The position numbers were made by a program, and so were the translations under genes. The notes beneath the pieces were generated by a model. That model did no database searches and was not told where the DNA came from. It saw only the letters and a program-made list of their open reading frames with translations. Of a stretch of 64,000 nt of DNA, positions 9,781-19,790 are shown piece after piece; the stretch's first letter is position 1; every line of letters begins with the position of its first letter. The stretch comes from an uncultured Gammaproteobacteria bacterium (GTDB lineage: Bacteria > Patescibacteriota > Microgenomatia > CAYQLK01): assembly GCA_964404855.1 (NCBI GenBank), contig CAYOLO010000001.1, positions 595,396-659,395 of the forward strand, given 5' to 3'.

Positions 9781-10773
9781 TTATTTTGATAGATGAATTA
9801 TGGCTTCGGCTAGTTTGTCGGGGTCATGATGAATTGCATAATCGGTTTTAACAATATCTGAAAATTTGAATCTTTTATTTTTTGTTTTGGTTGTAACGTA
9901 ATGATAATTAAGGTTATCGGGTATTGGAGCAACTGTATTGTTGTTAATTAAATAATAGTCGAACGGGTCAAATCCTAAATGGCGAATAATTGCTTTTTGA
10001 TAATCCTCCGCAAAATAATTAGGGGTTTCAAACGGCTTGTTTGTGACATTGACTACAAAAATCTTCTTTGCCTTAGATTTTTTGAGTGCTTTAACAACAT
10101 CCTTAATTATTAGTACTGGCAAAATTGATGTATATAAATCGCCTGGGCCTGCAATAATTGTATTTGCGTCTATAATTGCTTGAGTGGATTTTTCAAAAGC
10201 TATGGCGTTTTTTGGCAGTAAGTGAACTGATTCTAATTCTCTTTTTCCATTATATTTTCCTAAATCAATATTTTCTTCGCCGGTTACTTTTTTACCTTCA
10301 ACTGTTTTGGCCCAAATCGATACCATATTTTTTGTGGCAGGCAAAACAACACCACGAGGAGAAAGAATTTCGGAAAGTTTTTCAAATGCAAGGTTAAAAT
10401 CGCCAGTAATATCGCGTAGAGCTACTATGGCAAGATTGCCTAGTTTTTGACCTTCTATCGAGGTATCGTGGCCATATCTGTCGCCTTTAAAGCGATACAA
10501 TAGCATGTCTTTGACCACTGATTCGTCTGCAGAAAGTGCTGCAAGGCACGTAATTAAATCGCCTGGAGGTTGAATATCAAAGGCGCGTCTAACTCGGCCG
10601 GCGGATCCGCCGTCATCAGCCATAGAAATAATTGCTGTAAGATCAAGATTTGGATAGTTTTTTAGCCCTCGTAATAATTGAGCGGTACCAATTCCGCCAC
10701 CTATTGCTACGACCTTTTGCTTTGTTGGAGCAATTTCAAAAAAATCACCCAAAAAACGATTTATGAATTTCAT
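9781..10773 (-). CDS. yvcK: YvcK/CofD-family (gluconeogenesis/morphogenesis factor)
   Basis: IGGGIG, DDGGSAG, PPGD, GPGDLYTS, HDPDKLA. Confidence 0.92.
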   Translation of the reverse strand: MKFINRFLGDFFEIAPTKQKVVAIGGGIGTAQLLRGLKNYPNLDLTAIISMADDGGSAGRVRRAFDIQPPGDLITCLAALSADESVVKDMLLYRFKGDRYGHDTSIEGQKLGNLAIVALRDITGDFNLAFEKLSEILSPRGVVLPATKNMVSIWAKTVEGKKVTGEENIDLGKYNGKRELESVHLLPKNAIAFEKSTQAIIDANTIIAGPGDLYTSILPVLIIKDVVKALKKSKAKKIFVVNVTNKPFETPNYFAEDYQKAIIRHLGFDPFDYYLINNNTVAPIPDNLNYHYVTTKTKNKRFKFSDIVKTDYAIHHDPDKLAEAIIHLSK

Positions 10774-10775
10774 AT

Positions 10776-11177
10776 TTAGTGCAAAATCCAGCGAACCAGA
10801 CTTGCGGTGAAAGAGTATACCAAAGCTGCAGCCAAAATGGTAAGAAAAACGCTGAGACTTATCTCCGGAATGATATAGCCGTTGATGTTAGTAATTGGAG
10901 AATAAAATGGGCTGACTCTAAAAGCAGGATATAGCATTACTAGGAAATAGAAATATATCGAGGTAAGAATAAAGCTAAGTAGTCCAAAAAAAATAAAATT
11001 AACGGGTAATAGAATCGTTTTAGCAATAGGTCTGACAAAATAATGAACCACAAATAATCCAATACAGGCAATAGTAAAACTACGCTGACCATCGACTAGT
11101 TCAATTGAGTTAATAATTGCAATAGTGACCCAAAACGATAACGCGACCGTAATTAAACTTCTGATGATTTTTTTCAT
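10776..11177 (-). CDS. 4-TM membrane protein (YvlD / phage holin superfamily IV-like)
   Basis: Four TMs; VRPI.K.I.LPVN...FGL. Confidence 0.75.
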   Translation of the reverse strand: MKKIIRSLITVALSFWVTIAIINSIELVDGQRSFTIACIGLFVVHYFVRPIAKTILLPVNFIFFGLLSFILTSIYFYFLVMLYPAFRVSPFYSPITNINGYIIPEISLSVFLTILAAALVYSFTASLVRWILH

Positions 11178-11188
11178 TGTTATAAATA

Positions 11189-12490
11189 CTATGACACAAT
11201 ACTTCTTATGCGTTCAAATTGTTTTTTTTGCCTTAGATTTCTGTGATAAGTGATAGCAAATCTGTGTGATTCGTCTCGGATTTGTTGAAGAAGCAGTAGT
11301 GCGGGAGAATTTCTCTCTAAGAGTATTGGCCTTGGTTCGTTTGGTATAAATATTTCTTCAAGTCGTTTGGCAAGGCCAATTATAGGAATATTAATATTGT
11401 TATCCTGCAGTACAGAATAAGCTGTAGAAACTTGTCCTTTGCCTCCATCGATTACAAATAAGTCAGGAAGTGGCCAAGCGTTTTTTAGTCTTCTCTTTAA
11501 CATTTCTCTATGCATTGCAAAATCGTCTGGAGTATCCTTGGTTTTAATGCGAAATCTTCGATATTGACTCTTATCGGGGGCGCCATTAGTTAAAACAACC
11601 ATTGACCCTGTGGCATTTGTTCCTTGGAAATTACTAATGTCGTAACATTCGATTCTTTTTGGTGTTGTTGATAAGTTAAGGATTTTTTTTAGGGTTTTAA
11701 TCTTTTGTAAATTAAGATCGGATAATAGATTAGGAGATTTAAGATACTCTTCAGGATATCGGACTTTTTGAGTTACATAAGTTAGACCTTCAATCTGTTT
11801 TTTAATACTTAACGCATCCTCAAATCTATGATCTTTTGAGGCTTCTAACATTTGTTTGTTTAAGTCAGTAATAATTTTGCGATATTTTCCAGACAAAAAT
11901 TTGATTAAAATCTTAAGATTTTTTTTATATTGTAGACGATTAGTTTCTGATCTATATGGATCTGGGCACAGCCCAAGATGTACATACAAACAAGGTCTTT
12001 TGTCGGCGTTATGTGTACAAAATGGAATTACTCTTCTAATGTTTTTAAGAAAATATGTAACTGTTTTTGATGATGGATATGGGCCAAAAACATAATCCCC
12101 CCTTTTGATTTTGTATTTTGGTTTTCTGATTGCCAGAACTTTTGGAACCTCAGAACTAAAGTCAATTTTTATATATATAGGGCTTTTATCGTCTTTGACA
12201 ACGATATTGTATTTTGGGAGATATTTTTTGATTAAATTAGCCTCCAAAAGCAAGGACTCTACCTCTGTTTCAACTTCGATATATTCAATCTTTCGGATTT
12301 CTTCAACTAGTTTGGCTGTTTTGGGTAATAATTTTTCGGGCGGTTTGAAATAACTACTAACTCTTGACCTGAGATTAACTGATTTACCAACATAAACAAC
12401 TCTCCCTGAGTCATCTCGATAGATGTATACGCCTGGAGTTTGTGGTAGAGTTAGAAATTTTTTCCGGTCAATTATTTTACCGCCGATCAT
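11189..12490 (-). CDS. uvrC: Excinuclease ABC subunit C (short form, no C-terminal HhH)
   Basis: GIY-YIG N-terminus (PGVY..YVGKS.NLRSRV), UVR coil, IECYDIS, IDGGKGQ, RDESHRFA. Confidence 0.95.
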   Translation of the reverse strand: MIGGKIIDRKKFLTLPQTPGVYIYRDDSGRVVYVGKSVNLRSRVSSYFKPPEKLLPKTAKLVEEIRKIEYIEVETEVESLLLEANLIKKYLPKYNIVVKDDKSPIYIKIDFSSEVPKVLAIRKPKYKIKRGDYVFGPYPSSKTVTYFLKNIRRVIPFCTHNADKRPCLYVHLGLCPDPYRSETNRLQYKKNLKILIKFLSGKYRKIITDLNKQMLEASKDHRFEDALSIKKQIEGLTYVTQKVRYPEEYLKSPNLLSDLNLQKIKTLKKILNLSTTPKRIECYDISNFQGTNATGSMVVLTNGAPDKSQYRRFRIKTKDTPDDFAMHREMLKRRLKNAWPLPDLFVIDGGKGQVSTAYSVLQDNNINIPIIGLAKRLEEIFIPNEPRPILLERNSPALLLLQQIRDESHRFAITYHRNLRQKKQFERIRSIVS

Positions 12491-12495
12491 AAATT

Positions 12496-14373
12496 TTAGC
12501 TTTGCGGAAGTGGTTCAGAGTGTTTTTGTTTTATTTTTTTGAGGCTAAGTACTGTGACACCAATTCCGAATAGCAATATTAACAAATATATAATTATTTG
12601 CGAAAAAAATACTGGCCTAATAGTAATTACGCCTTGAATAACTTGATCTTGATAGATGATTTTGATTGGGTATTTTTCGTTAGTAAAGAAATTATTGTTA
12701 GTTAGATCAAATTTATAGGAGTTGACCGAATAGGCTGGAAGGGATAAAACTTCGATTGATTTACCGCCTGATATTGGCGCATCAGTCTCGATTGTAATTT
12801 TTTGATCAATTACTGATTTTTGTCCAAGGTTAGAAAGTGTAATTGTCCCTGTACCTCCGGTTCCGCCAATAAAATGATTAGGAAGGTCGAGTTTAAGATT
12901 AACTTTGAGATCCTGAGTTGGAACCTCGCTGGCAAACTCAACTTTTACATCTTTTTGATCAGAAGCAGTTTTGTAGCTACCAGCAGGAAGCGGATATTCA
13001 GATGAATAACCTTTTTGTGTAAATGTGATGTGATTAAAATCGAGTTTGGTAAAAAAATCTAATCCCCCTGTTGTTGAACCCCAAGTTGGGTCAATTTGAA
13101 TCCAGCCGCGCTCGTTGTCGTAATATTCCGGCCAAGCGTGCAAAATATCGGTTGTGCTTGAAGCTAACGATAATGGACGAAGTCTTGAGTTTTGAGTGTT
13201 GGCATAACCGTTAACTTCGCGAGCAGGAATACCTGCCATGCGAGCGAATGTAATAAATAGATCGGTAAATTCCATACATACACTATTTGCAGGATTATCA
13301 AATGCGACTCTTGAACCCTGCCTGGTAATCGTTGCATCATCTAGTCTTTTTTCATTGTAAGTAAGGTAGGTGGTGACAAAGTCATAAATATCCTTCGGGG
13401 TTTTTAGTGTTGAGGCTTTTTCTCTCAAAATCGGGTCAGTTACATCCCAATATTTGTCGCTTTGGGTATATTTTTGCATCTGCTCATCAGTAAGTGGGAT
13501 GACAGGAAAATCTTTGGGTTGATGTGTTACTTCAGCGAACCCTTGGTATGTCACGACAACTTCCTTTGCGGCCGGAAGTTTGAATCTAGCAATATAGTTA
13601 CCATCAGAATCGACCGTTATAGCTTCTGGCTGTGGGTCGATTTTCGTAGTGTATATTTTTTGATATGCATTGTCAGGAGGGAGTGCAATTTCGGAATATA
13701 CCCCTCTTAAATTGTCATTTTTGAGGTGGTAGGTTAAGTTAAGTTTGTAAATTTGTTTCTCTCCAAAAGAACTTGAGACGCCTTTTTGGGATATCTTGGT
13801 AACATCGAATGAATAAACGGTTTTGGATGTTCCGTTAATTGTAGTTTTTTCGGTTTTTACAGGTTCTGGATTAATAAAAGCAACAGGACCAAACGAATCA
13901 GGTACAGCCATGTGTACATTGTAGGAGCGTACTTCGTCAGTTTTGCTTAGTTTGGGAATAGAAATTTCCCAGATAATTCCATTTTTGACAGTTAACTCGT
14001 TGGCGTCGTAATTAAGTTTCCAATTAAGTTTTTTACCAAGCCCAACAACTCTTTGGTTAAAGGTGACAGCTAGTTGGGTTTTGTTATTTTCAAATGTTTG
14101 TTCGACGTCCAAAGGTCCTGATAAATCAGAAGCTGAAATGTTTTCTGGCTTAGTTTGGCCAAGTGAAAGGTTAAACTTAGTTGCATAAAAACGACTTGTG
14201 TTGTTTTCAAGGGAAATATTTTGGCTAACTTTTGTTTTACCGTTTAAGTCGACATCGTATGTGACGTCATAATCGGCAGCGAACTCGCCTTCAGCTGAAA
14301 CGTTTGTGTTAACGATAAGTGTTAGGGCAAAAAATGATAAAAATAAAAAAAAAGTTCGATGAATTAATTTCAC
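12496..14373 (-). CDS. Exported transglutaminase-like protein with C-terminal TM
   Basis: Signal peptide; Cys-His-Asp triad VCMEF / HAWPE / IDPTW. Confidence 0.85.
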   Translation of the reverse strand: MKLIHRTFFLFLSFFALTLIVNTNVSAEGEFAADYDVTYDVDLNGKTKVSQNISLENNTSRFYATKFNLSLGQTKPENISASDLSGPLDVEQTFENNKTQLAVTFNQRVVGLGKKLNWKLNYDANELTVKNGIIWEISIPKLSKTDEVRSYNVHMAVPDSFGPVAFINPEPVKTEKTTINGTSKTVYSFDVTKISQKGVSSSFGEKQIYKLNLTYHLKNDNLRGVYSEIALPPDNAYQKIYTTKIDPQPEAITVDSDGNYIARFKLPAAKEVVVTYQGFAEVTHQPKDFPVIPLTDEQMQKYTQSDKYWDVTDPILREKASTLKTPKDIYDFVTTYLTYNEKRLDDATITRQGSRVAFDNPANSVCMEFTDLFITFARMAGIPAREVNGYANTQNSRLRPLSLASSTTDILHAWPEYYDNERGWIQIDPTWGSTTGGLDFFTKLDFNHITFTQKGYSSEYPLPAGSYKTASDQKDVKVEFASEVPTQDLKVNLKLDLPNHFIGGTGGTGTITLSNLGQKSVIDQKITIETDAPISGGKSIEVLSLPAYSVNSYKFDLTNNNFFTNEKYPIKIIYQDQVIQGVITIRPVFFSQIIIYLLILLFGIGVTVLSLKKIKQKHSEPLPQS

Positions 14374-14429
14374 GGCAGGTGTTTAGATATTAATAATAGC
14401 TAAAAACTGAACAAAATAATAATTTTTAC

Positions 14430-17351
14430 CTAAATTAGTTTGGAAAGAAATTTTGCAGTATGAGATTTGGACACTTTGGAGACTTCAATTGGTGTACCTT
14501 CAGCAACAACAGTTCCACCACCATCGCCTCCTTCGGGACCAAGATCAATAATCCAGTCTGCGTTTTTGATGACATCTAGATTGTGTTCAATAACAACAAT
14601 CGTATTTCCCTGCTCGACAAGTCTCATTAAAATATTAAGAAGTTTTTCGATATCAGCAAAATGAAGACCGGTTGTTGGTTCGTCAAGAATGTATAAGGTT
14701 TTGCCTGTTGAGCGTTTAGATAATTCGGAAGCAAGCTTAACGCGCTGAGCTTCTCCCCCAGAAAGGGTTGGGGCGGGTTGGCCAAGTTTGATGTATCCTA
14801 AGCCAACATCGACAACGGTAGCTAGTTTGTTCTTAATCGAAGGTATGTTGTTAAAAAACTCTAAGGCTTCTTCTACTGTCATATCTAATACCTCAAAAAT
14901 ATTTTTGTCTTTGAAATGAACCTCTAGAGCTTCATCGTTGTAACGTTTGCCAGTACAAACTTCACAATCGACATAAACATCTGGAAGAAATTGCATTTCA
15001 ATCTTAACCTGACCTTCACCCTCACAAGCTTCACATCGACCGCCTTTAACATTGAATGAGAATCGTCCTGATTTGTATCCACGAATTTTGGCTTCGGTTG
15101 TTGAAGCAAAAAGCTCGCGAATTGGTGTAAAAATACCCGTGTAAGTGGCAGGATTGGAGCGTGGAGTTCTACCGATTGGTGATTGGTCTATCATTATGAC
15201 CTTGTCTAGGCTCTCCGTGCCCATTATTGTGGTGTGACTACCTGGGCGCTCTTTAGCGTGATAAAACTGCTGAGCAAGACTTTTATAAAGAATGTCGTGT
15301 ACAAGGGTTGATTTACCTGAACCAGAAACACCTGTAAAGCAGACAAATTTGCCCAAAGGAATGGTTACATCAATACCTTTAAGGTTGTGTTCGGTAGCGC
15401 CAATTATCGTTAACTCTTTGCCGTCGTGCGGATTAATAAATGATCCAGATTTGGTGGTAATTTTTTTCTTATCAGATAAATATTTTCCAGTTAGCGATTT
15501 AGGGTCTTTTATAATTTGTTGAGGAGTGCCTTGAGAAACAATTACCCCTCCGTGTTCGCCAGCACCTGGTCCAAAATCAAAAATATAGTCTGATTCCAAC
15601 ATCATGTCGCGGTCGTGTTCAACAACTAGAACAGAGTTGCCTAAATCACGCAGTTTCTGAAGTGTTCCAATTAGCCTTACATTATCTCTTTGGTGAAGAC
15701 CAATTGATGGCTCGTCCAAAACATAAAGCACACCAGAAAGACCTGAGCCGATTTGTGAGGCTAAACGGATTCTTTGCGCTTCTCCACCTGCTAAAGTTGT
15801 GGCGGTACGTGATAGGGATAAATAGTCTAGGCCAACATCGATTAAGAACTGTAATCTGGCAGTTATTTCTTTAAGGATTGGTTCAGACACTTGATTATCT
15901 CGCGCATTACCGGCAAATGAAGTTTTAATACTTTTAACCCATTCCAGTGAGTTACGGATTGATTTTTTGGAGACTTGTTCAATATTTAACCCATCGACCG
16001 TGATAGATAACGCTTCCGGCTTGAGCCTTGTGCCTTTACAAGTTGGACAAGTAAGGATACGCATAAATTTTTCGATTTCACCGCGAATGTAGCCTGATTC
16101 TGTTTCCCGATATCTACGCTCAAGATTAGGAATCACACCTTCAAAGGTTGTTTGCCACTCCGCACTTTTACCAAATCGGTTCTCGCCTTGAACTTTAAAT
16201 ACTTTCTCTGAACCGTAGAGTAAAAATTTACGATCAGCATCAGTTAGGTCCTTAATTGGTGTATTAATGGAAAAATGAATTTGTTTGGATGCCTCCTCTA
16301 GAAGCCTAGAAAACCATGTTTCGTGTGTAGAAAGCCTAGACCAAGGTAAAATTCCACCTTGGGCAATTGTTAAATTAGGGTTAAATACCAACTCTGGTTC
16401 AACTTCTAGTTTTGTACCAATACCTGTACAGGTTGGACAAGCTCCGTGGGGCGAGTTAAAGGAAAAAGTTCTGGGTTCAATTTCTGGCAGTGAAATATTA
16501 TCAAATGGACAGGCAAACTTTTCACTAAAAAGATGATCTTCTAGTTCGGTGGGAAAATCAGGAATTTCAAACGAGGCGTCTTGAATTTTGGCAATGATTA
16601 GATTGCCTTCAGCCAGCTTAAGTGCTGTTTCTACAGACTCAGAAAGCCTTTGTTTGTCGGCAACAGGCAAAACAAGCCTATCGATCACGGCATCAATTGA
16701 ATGTTTATTGGTTTTGATTAAGGTAAATTCATCCTCGATGTCATGGATTTGGTCATCAACCCTAACTCTAGTAATACCTCGTTTTCTTAAATCTGTGAAA
16801 AGTTGTGAAAATTCGCCTTTTCTGTCTCTAACAATTGGCGCCAAAACTAGCACACGCACTGGAGGTTTAGCTTTAATATCCCCTAGTTTTTGGATTTCAT
16901 CTACGATTTGAGCAGCAGATTGATGTTTGACCTCGCGGCCACAAACAGGGCAATGCGGATGGCCGACTCTAGCAAAAAGTAACCTTAAATAGTCATAAAT
17001 CTCTGTAATTGTACCGACGGTCGAGCGAGGATTGCGTGAAGTGGATTTTTGGTCGATAGAAATCGCTGGAGAAAGACCGTCTATCTGGTCTACATCAGGC
17101 TTATCCATAACACCTAAGAACTGTCTAGCATAACTAGATAGCGATTCTACATAACGTCTTTGTCCTTCAGCGTAGATAGTATCAAAGGCAAGTGATGATT
17201 TGCCTGAGCCAGATAGACCTGTAAAAACAACAAGCTGATTGCGTGGAATTTGTAATGTTAGGTTTTTGAGATTATGTTCACGGGCGCCAAAAACAGAAAT
17301 GAACTCTTGATTTTTGCTGGTTTTTTTCGGGTTATCTTTGGTGCTAGCCAT
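14430..17351 (-). CDS. uvrA: Excinuclease ABC subunit A
   Basis: GAREHNLKN, two Walker A ([16 protein letters not shown]), zinc fingers, LSGGEAQR. Confidence 0.99.
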   Translation of the reverse strand: MASTKDNPKKTSKNQEFISVFGAREHNLKNLTLQIPRNQLVVFTGLSGSGKSSLAFDTIYAEGQRRYVESLSSYARQFLGVMDKPDVDQIDGLSPAISIDQKSTSRNPRSTVGTITEIYDYLRLLFARVGHPHCPVCGREVKHQSAAQIVDEIQKLGDIKAKPPVRVLVLAPIVRDRKGEFSQLFTDLRKRGITRVRVDDQIHDIEDEFTLIKTNKHSIDAVIDRLVLPVADKQRLSESVETALKLAEGNLIIAKIQDASFEIPDFPTELEDHLFSEKFACPFDNISLPEIEPRTFSFNSPHGACPTCTGIGTKLEVEPELVFNPNLTIAQGGILPWSRLSTHETWFSRLLEEASKQIHFSINTPIKDLTDADRKFLLYGSEKVFKVQGENRFGKSAEWQTTFEGVIPNLERRYRETESGYIRGEIEKFMRILTCPTCKGTRLKPEALSITVDGLNIEQVSKKSIRNSLEWVKSIKTSFAGNARDNQVSEPILKEITARLQFLIDVGLDYLSLSRTATTLAGGEAQRIRLASQIGSGLSGVLYVLDEPSIGLHQRDNVRLIGTLQKLRDLGNSVLVVEHDRDMMLESDYIFDFGPGAGEHGGVIVSQGTPQQIIKDPKSLTGKYLSDKKKITTKSGSFINPHDGKELTIIGATEHNLKGIDVTIPLGKFVCFTGVSGSGKSTLVHDILYKSLAQQFYHAKERPGSHTTIMGTESLDKVIMIDQSPIGRTPRSNPATYTGIFTPIRELFASTTEAKIRGYKSGRFSFNVKGGRCEACEGEGQVKIEMQFLPDVYVDCEVCTGKRYNDEALEVHFKDKNIFEVLDMTVEEALEFFNNIPSIKNKLATVVDVGLGYIKLGQPAPTLSGGEAQRVKLASELSKRSTGKTLYILDEPTTGLHFADIEKLLNILMRLVEQGNTIVVIEHNLDVIKNADWIIDLGPEGGDGGGTVVAEGTPIEVSKVSKSHTAKFLSKLI

Positions 17352-17436
17352 GAAGAGATATTTTAGTACAAGACGCTTGTTATTTCAAGGCTATTGTAGT
17401 TGATATGCTTAAGCCTGTAACCTATAATATTCCGCT

Positions 17437-19350
17437 ATGGCAAACAAAGTTGAAATAACTGATTCAAAGATTGCGGCTTTGGAGTTTGAAAGAGAAAATG
17501 GAAATCTATTTGGCCTTACTGAACAGGAAAGAGTCAATCTGCTTAAATACGAAGGAGAACTACTAGATTTTCGACCTCAGCTTGTAACTTCTTTTACGGC
17601 TCTCGACCGATTAAACGGAATTACGAAAGAAAGAGACTTAAAAATTAAAGCGGTTCTGGATGACTTAAGAGAACAGTCTGATCAGATAAAAATTGCACAA
17701 AACGTTAGCGTTCTATATCTGACGATTCTGGAAATTGGCGAGCGAGAAGGCTGGACACAGACACAAATTGCTGAGGTATTTGATAAACAACTTGATTTTA
17801 ATAATGAAGTTTCAGTTGTTACCAAAGATTTAGCTAAAAAAAGGTTAAGAGGTGGTGAACTGCCAAGTAATAGAATAATTGGAGCTGCATATAATAAATT
17901 AGCAAAACGTATTCCTAGTTGGTACAAGCTGGACATAACAGCTTGGCAAAATTTTATTTTTTCCTCGTTTGGTGCTCAACTTGATATTGAAAAAGAGCAA
18001 CTATCTGGAATTTGTTCTACCAGCATTGGGAGACTTGAGGGAACGTATAGGATTACGAACGAGGATATTTTGCCAGATTGGATGAATAATGGTGGGGTTG
18101 AGACTGGTAACCCAGATAAAGTTGTCGTAACAGAGGACTTAAAAGAGGATGAACAAGGCAAACAAAGACTGATTGAACAGTTTGAATATCATTCATCTAA
18201 AAGAAGTTATTTGGTAGAATCGGCAAGAAATAAAGGCAGAAAAACAATTTCACGAAATGTTGGTAAATATCGAAGACTTTTTCCATATGATGAGCTTGAT
18301 GTTGCACAATTAGTCATGTTTTTGGCGAATACCGATGGAATGACTTATTACGATGTTGACCAACAAACAATTGACCAGCTTAGTCCTGCACAAATTAACG
18401 AAAAGGCTTTGATTGCTGAAAAAAAAGAAGATTGGTTTATAAGGCGATTTGCAGAAACTGCGGATTTGTCTGAGGAGATGGTTAGAATTTTTTTAAAAAA
18501 ACGATTAGAAGACATGAGGTTTTTCGAAGGAACTGAAGAGGAAAAAGAAAGAAAAATTGCAGCTCTATTTTCTGATTTTGGACAGAGCGAGGAGATCGCT
18601 ACATTAAGAACGGTGGACAAAAAAACCGCACAAAGATTAACTTTTGATGTTCGACCAATGCTAGCGGAAATGGATCAAGAGGCACTAGAAACACTACAGT
18701 TAAAATTTGAAAACAATCCATTTGCCTCAAGAGCTGAATTTGTTACCGAGCTTGCTTGTGAGATTGTGAATTCTTTTTGGTCTGGATCAAATGATAAAGA
18801 TATAGCACGTTTTAAGGCTGAATATAAAAAATTCGTAATAAATTGGCTTAAGAATAACTGGAGAGTGGCGTACGCATCGCTTTATCACAGACTTCATAAC
18901 TCAGGTATTTTTGATTCTCCTACTCTAAATCCAACCAAGGAAGAAATTGTGAGTGAAGATTCTGAAGATATTGAATTTGCAATCACTGAGATCAAAATGG
19001 GTAGTTTGCTTGATTGGAAAGTGTTTTTTGATGTCAATAAAAATGGAGATGTGCGCATGGAAGCGTTAGAGGGAGACAGTCTAGATGCGTTGGAAGAACG
19101 ACTAGAAGAGTTATTAATTAAACATAGAATAAGCTGTTCTATTAAATTATCGAGCGTAATTCATACATTAGAGTGGGCTGCAGGACTGCCACAAGAAGTA
19201 TTACAGCTTATGATTCGTGAAACTGTAAACGGACAAGAATATTTAAAAATTAAGAGGGGTAATATTCGACTATTTTTTCAAATTAACCAAAGTCAGAAAC
19301 AATTGGTCTTTTTTGTATATCAAAAACAAGACAAAAGCTATCATTTTTAG
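17437..19350 (+). CDS. Large helical hypothetical protein with possible C-terminal RelE-like domain
   Basis: 637-aa ORF; C-terminus YLKIKRGNIRLFFQIN....LVFFVYQK. Confidence 0.6.
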   Translation: MANKVEITDSKIAALEFERENGNLFGLTEQERVNLLKYEGELLDFRPQLVTSFTALDRLNGITKERDLKIKAVLDDLREQSDQIKIAQNVSVLYLTILEIGEREGWTQTQIAEVFDKQLDFNNEVSVVTKDLAKKRLRGGELPSNRIIGAAYNKLAKRIPSWYKLDITAWQNFIFSSFGAQLDIEKEQLSGICSTSIGRLEGTYRITNEDILPDWMNNGGVETGNPDKVVVTEDLKEDEQGKQRLIEQFEYHSSKRSYLVESARNKGRKTISRNVGKYRRLFPYDELDVAQLVMFLANTDGMTYYDVDQQTIDQLSPAQINEKALIAEKKEDWFIRRFAETADLSEEMVRIFLKKRLEDMRFFEGTEEEKERKIAALFSDFGQSEEIATLRTVDKKTAQRLTFDVRPMLAEMDQEALETLQLKFENNPFASRAEFVTELACEIVNSFWSGSNDKDIARFKAEYKKFVINWLKNNWRVAYASLYHRLHNSGIFDSPTLNPTKEEIVSEDSEDIEFAITEIKMGSLLDWKVFFDVNKNGDVRMEALEGDSLDALEERLEELLIKHRISCSIKLSSVIHTLEWAAGLPQEVLQLMIRETVNGQEYLKIKRGNIRLFFQINQSQKQLVFFVYQKQDKSYHF

Positions 19351-19421
19351 TTTTTTACTTGCTGTACTCAACCTATAGTTTATTATTTTGACAAATAGGA
19401 GTAAAATATCCGTGGTGCAAA

Positions 19422-19721
19422 GTGCAAAATTCAGTTCAGACATGCCACGTCTGGAATGAAAATTGTACAAACCCCGTTGCACCCATACGAGGCGTAGAGA
19501 AAGTGGCAAAGAAAATGTCCAAACCAGGACGGGCTGGGCTCAATGCTGTCGATGACAGATTTGAGATCACCCACATCAATGACGCAGGATGTGAGTATGA
19601 TCCTCAGATTCCAACTGGGACATACTACACGGTCCACGGTAGCGATGGGCGGCCTCTTGAGTTGTTCGTCGGCCAAGGTGTTGGACACCTGAACTCTGGG
19701 AAGGCTGGTTTTTACGACTAG
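19422..19721 (+). CDS. Small hypothetical protein (start uncertain; ATG 19515 is an alternative)
   Basis: GC-richer ORF followed by an intrinsic terminator. Confidence 0.45.
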   Translation: MQNSVQTCHVWNENCTNPVAPIRGVEKVAKKMSKPGRAGLNAVDDRFEITHINDAGCEYDPQIPTGTYYTVHGSDGRPLELFVGQGVGHLNSGKAGFYD

Positions 19722-19738
19722 CTGACCACCCTCAAAGC

Positions 19739-19772
19739 GAGGCGGAAATAATAACTCCGCCTCTTTTTTTTT
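19739..19772 (+). terminator. Intrinsic terminator
   Basis: GAGGCGGA-loop-TCCGCCTC + T9. Confidence 0.85.
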
Positions 19773-19790
19773 GTTTACAAATATTAATTT

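Noticed and set aside
10776-11177. Prophage lysis gene
   Set aside because: 4-TM YvlD-type genes are normal neighbours of uvr/yvcK; no phage genes nearby
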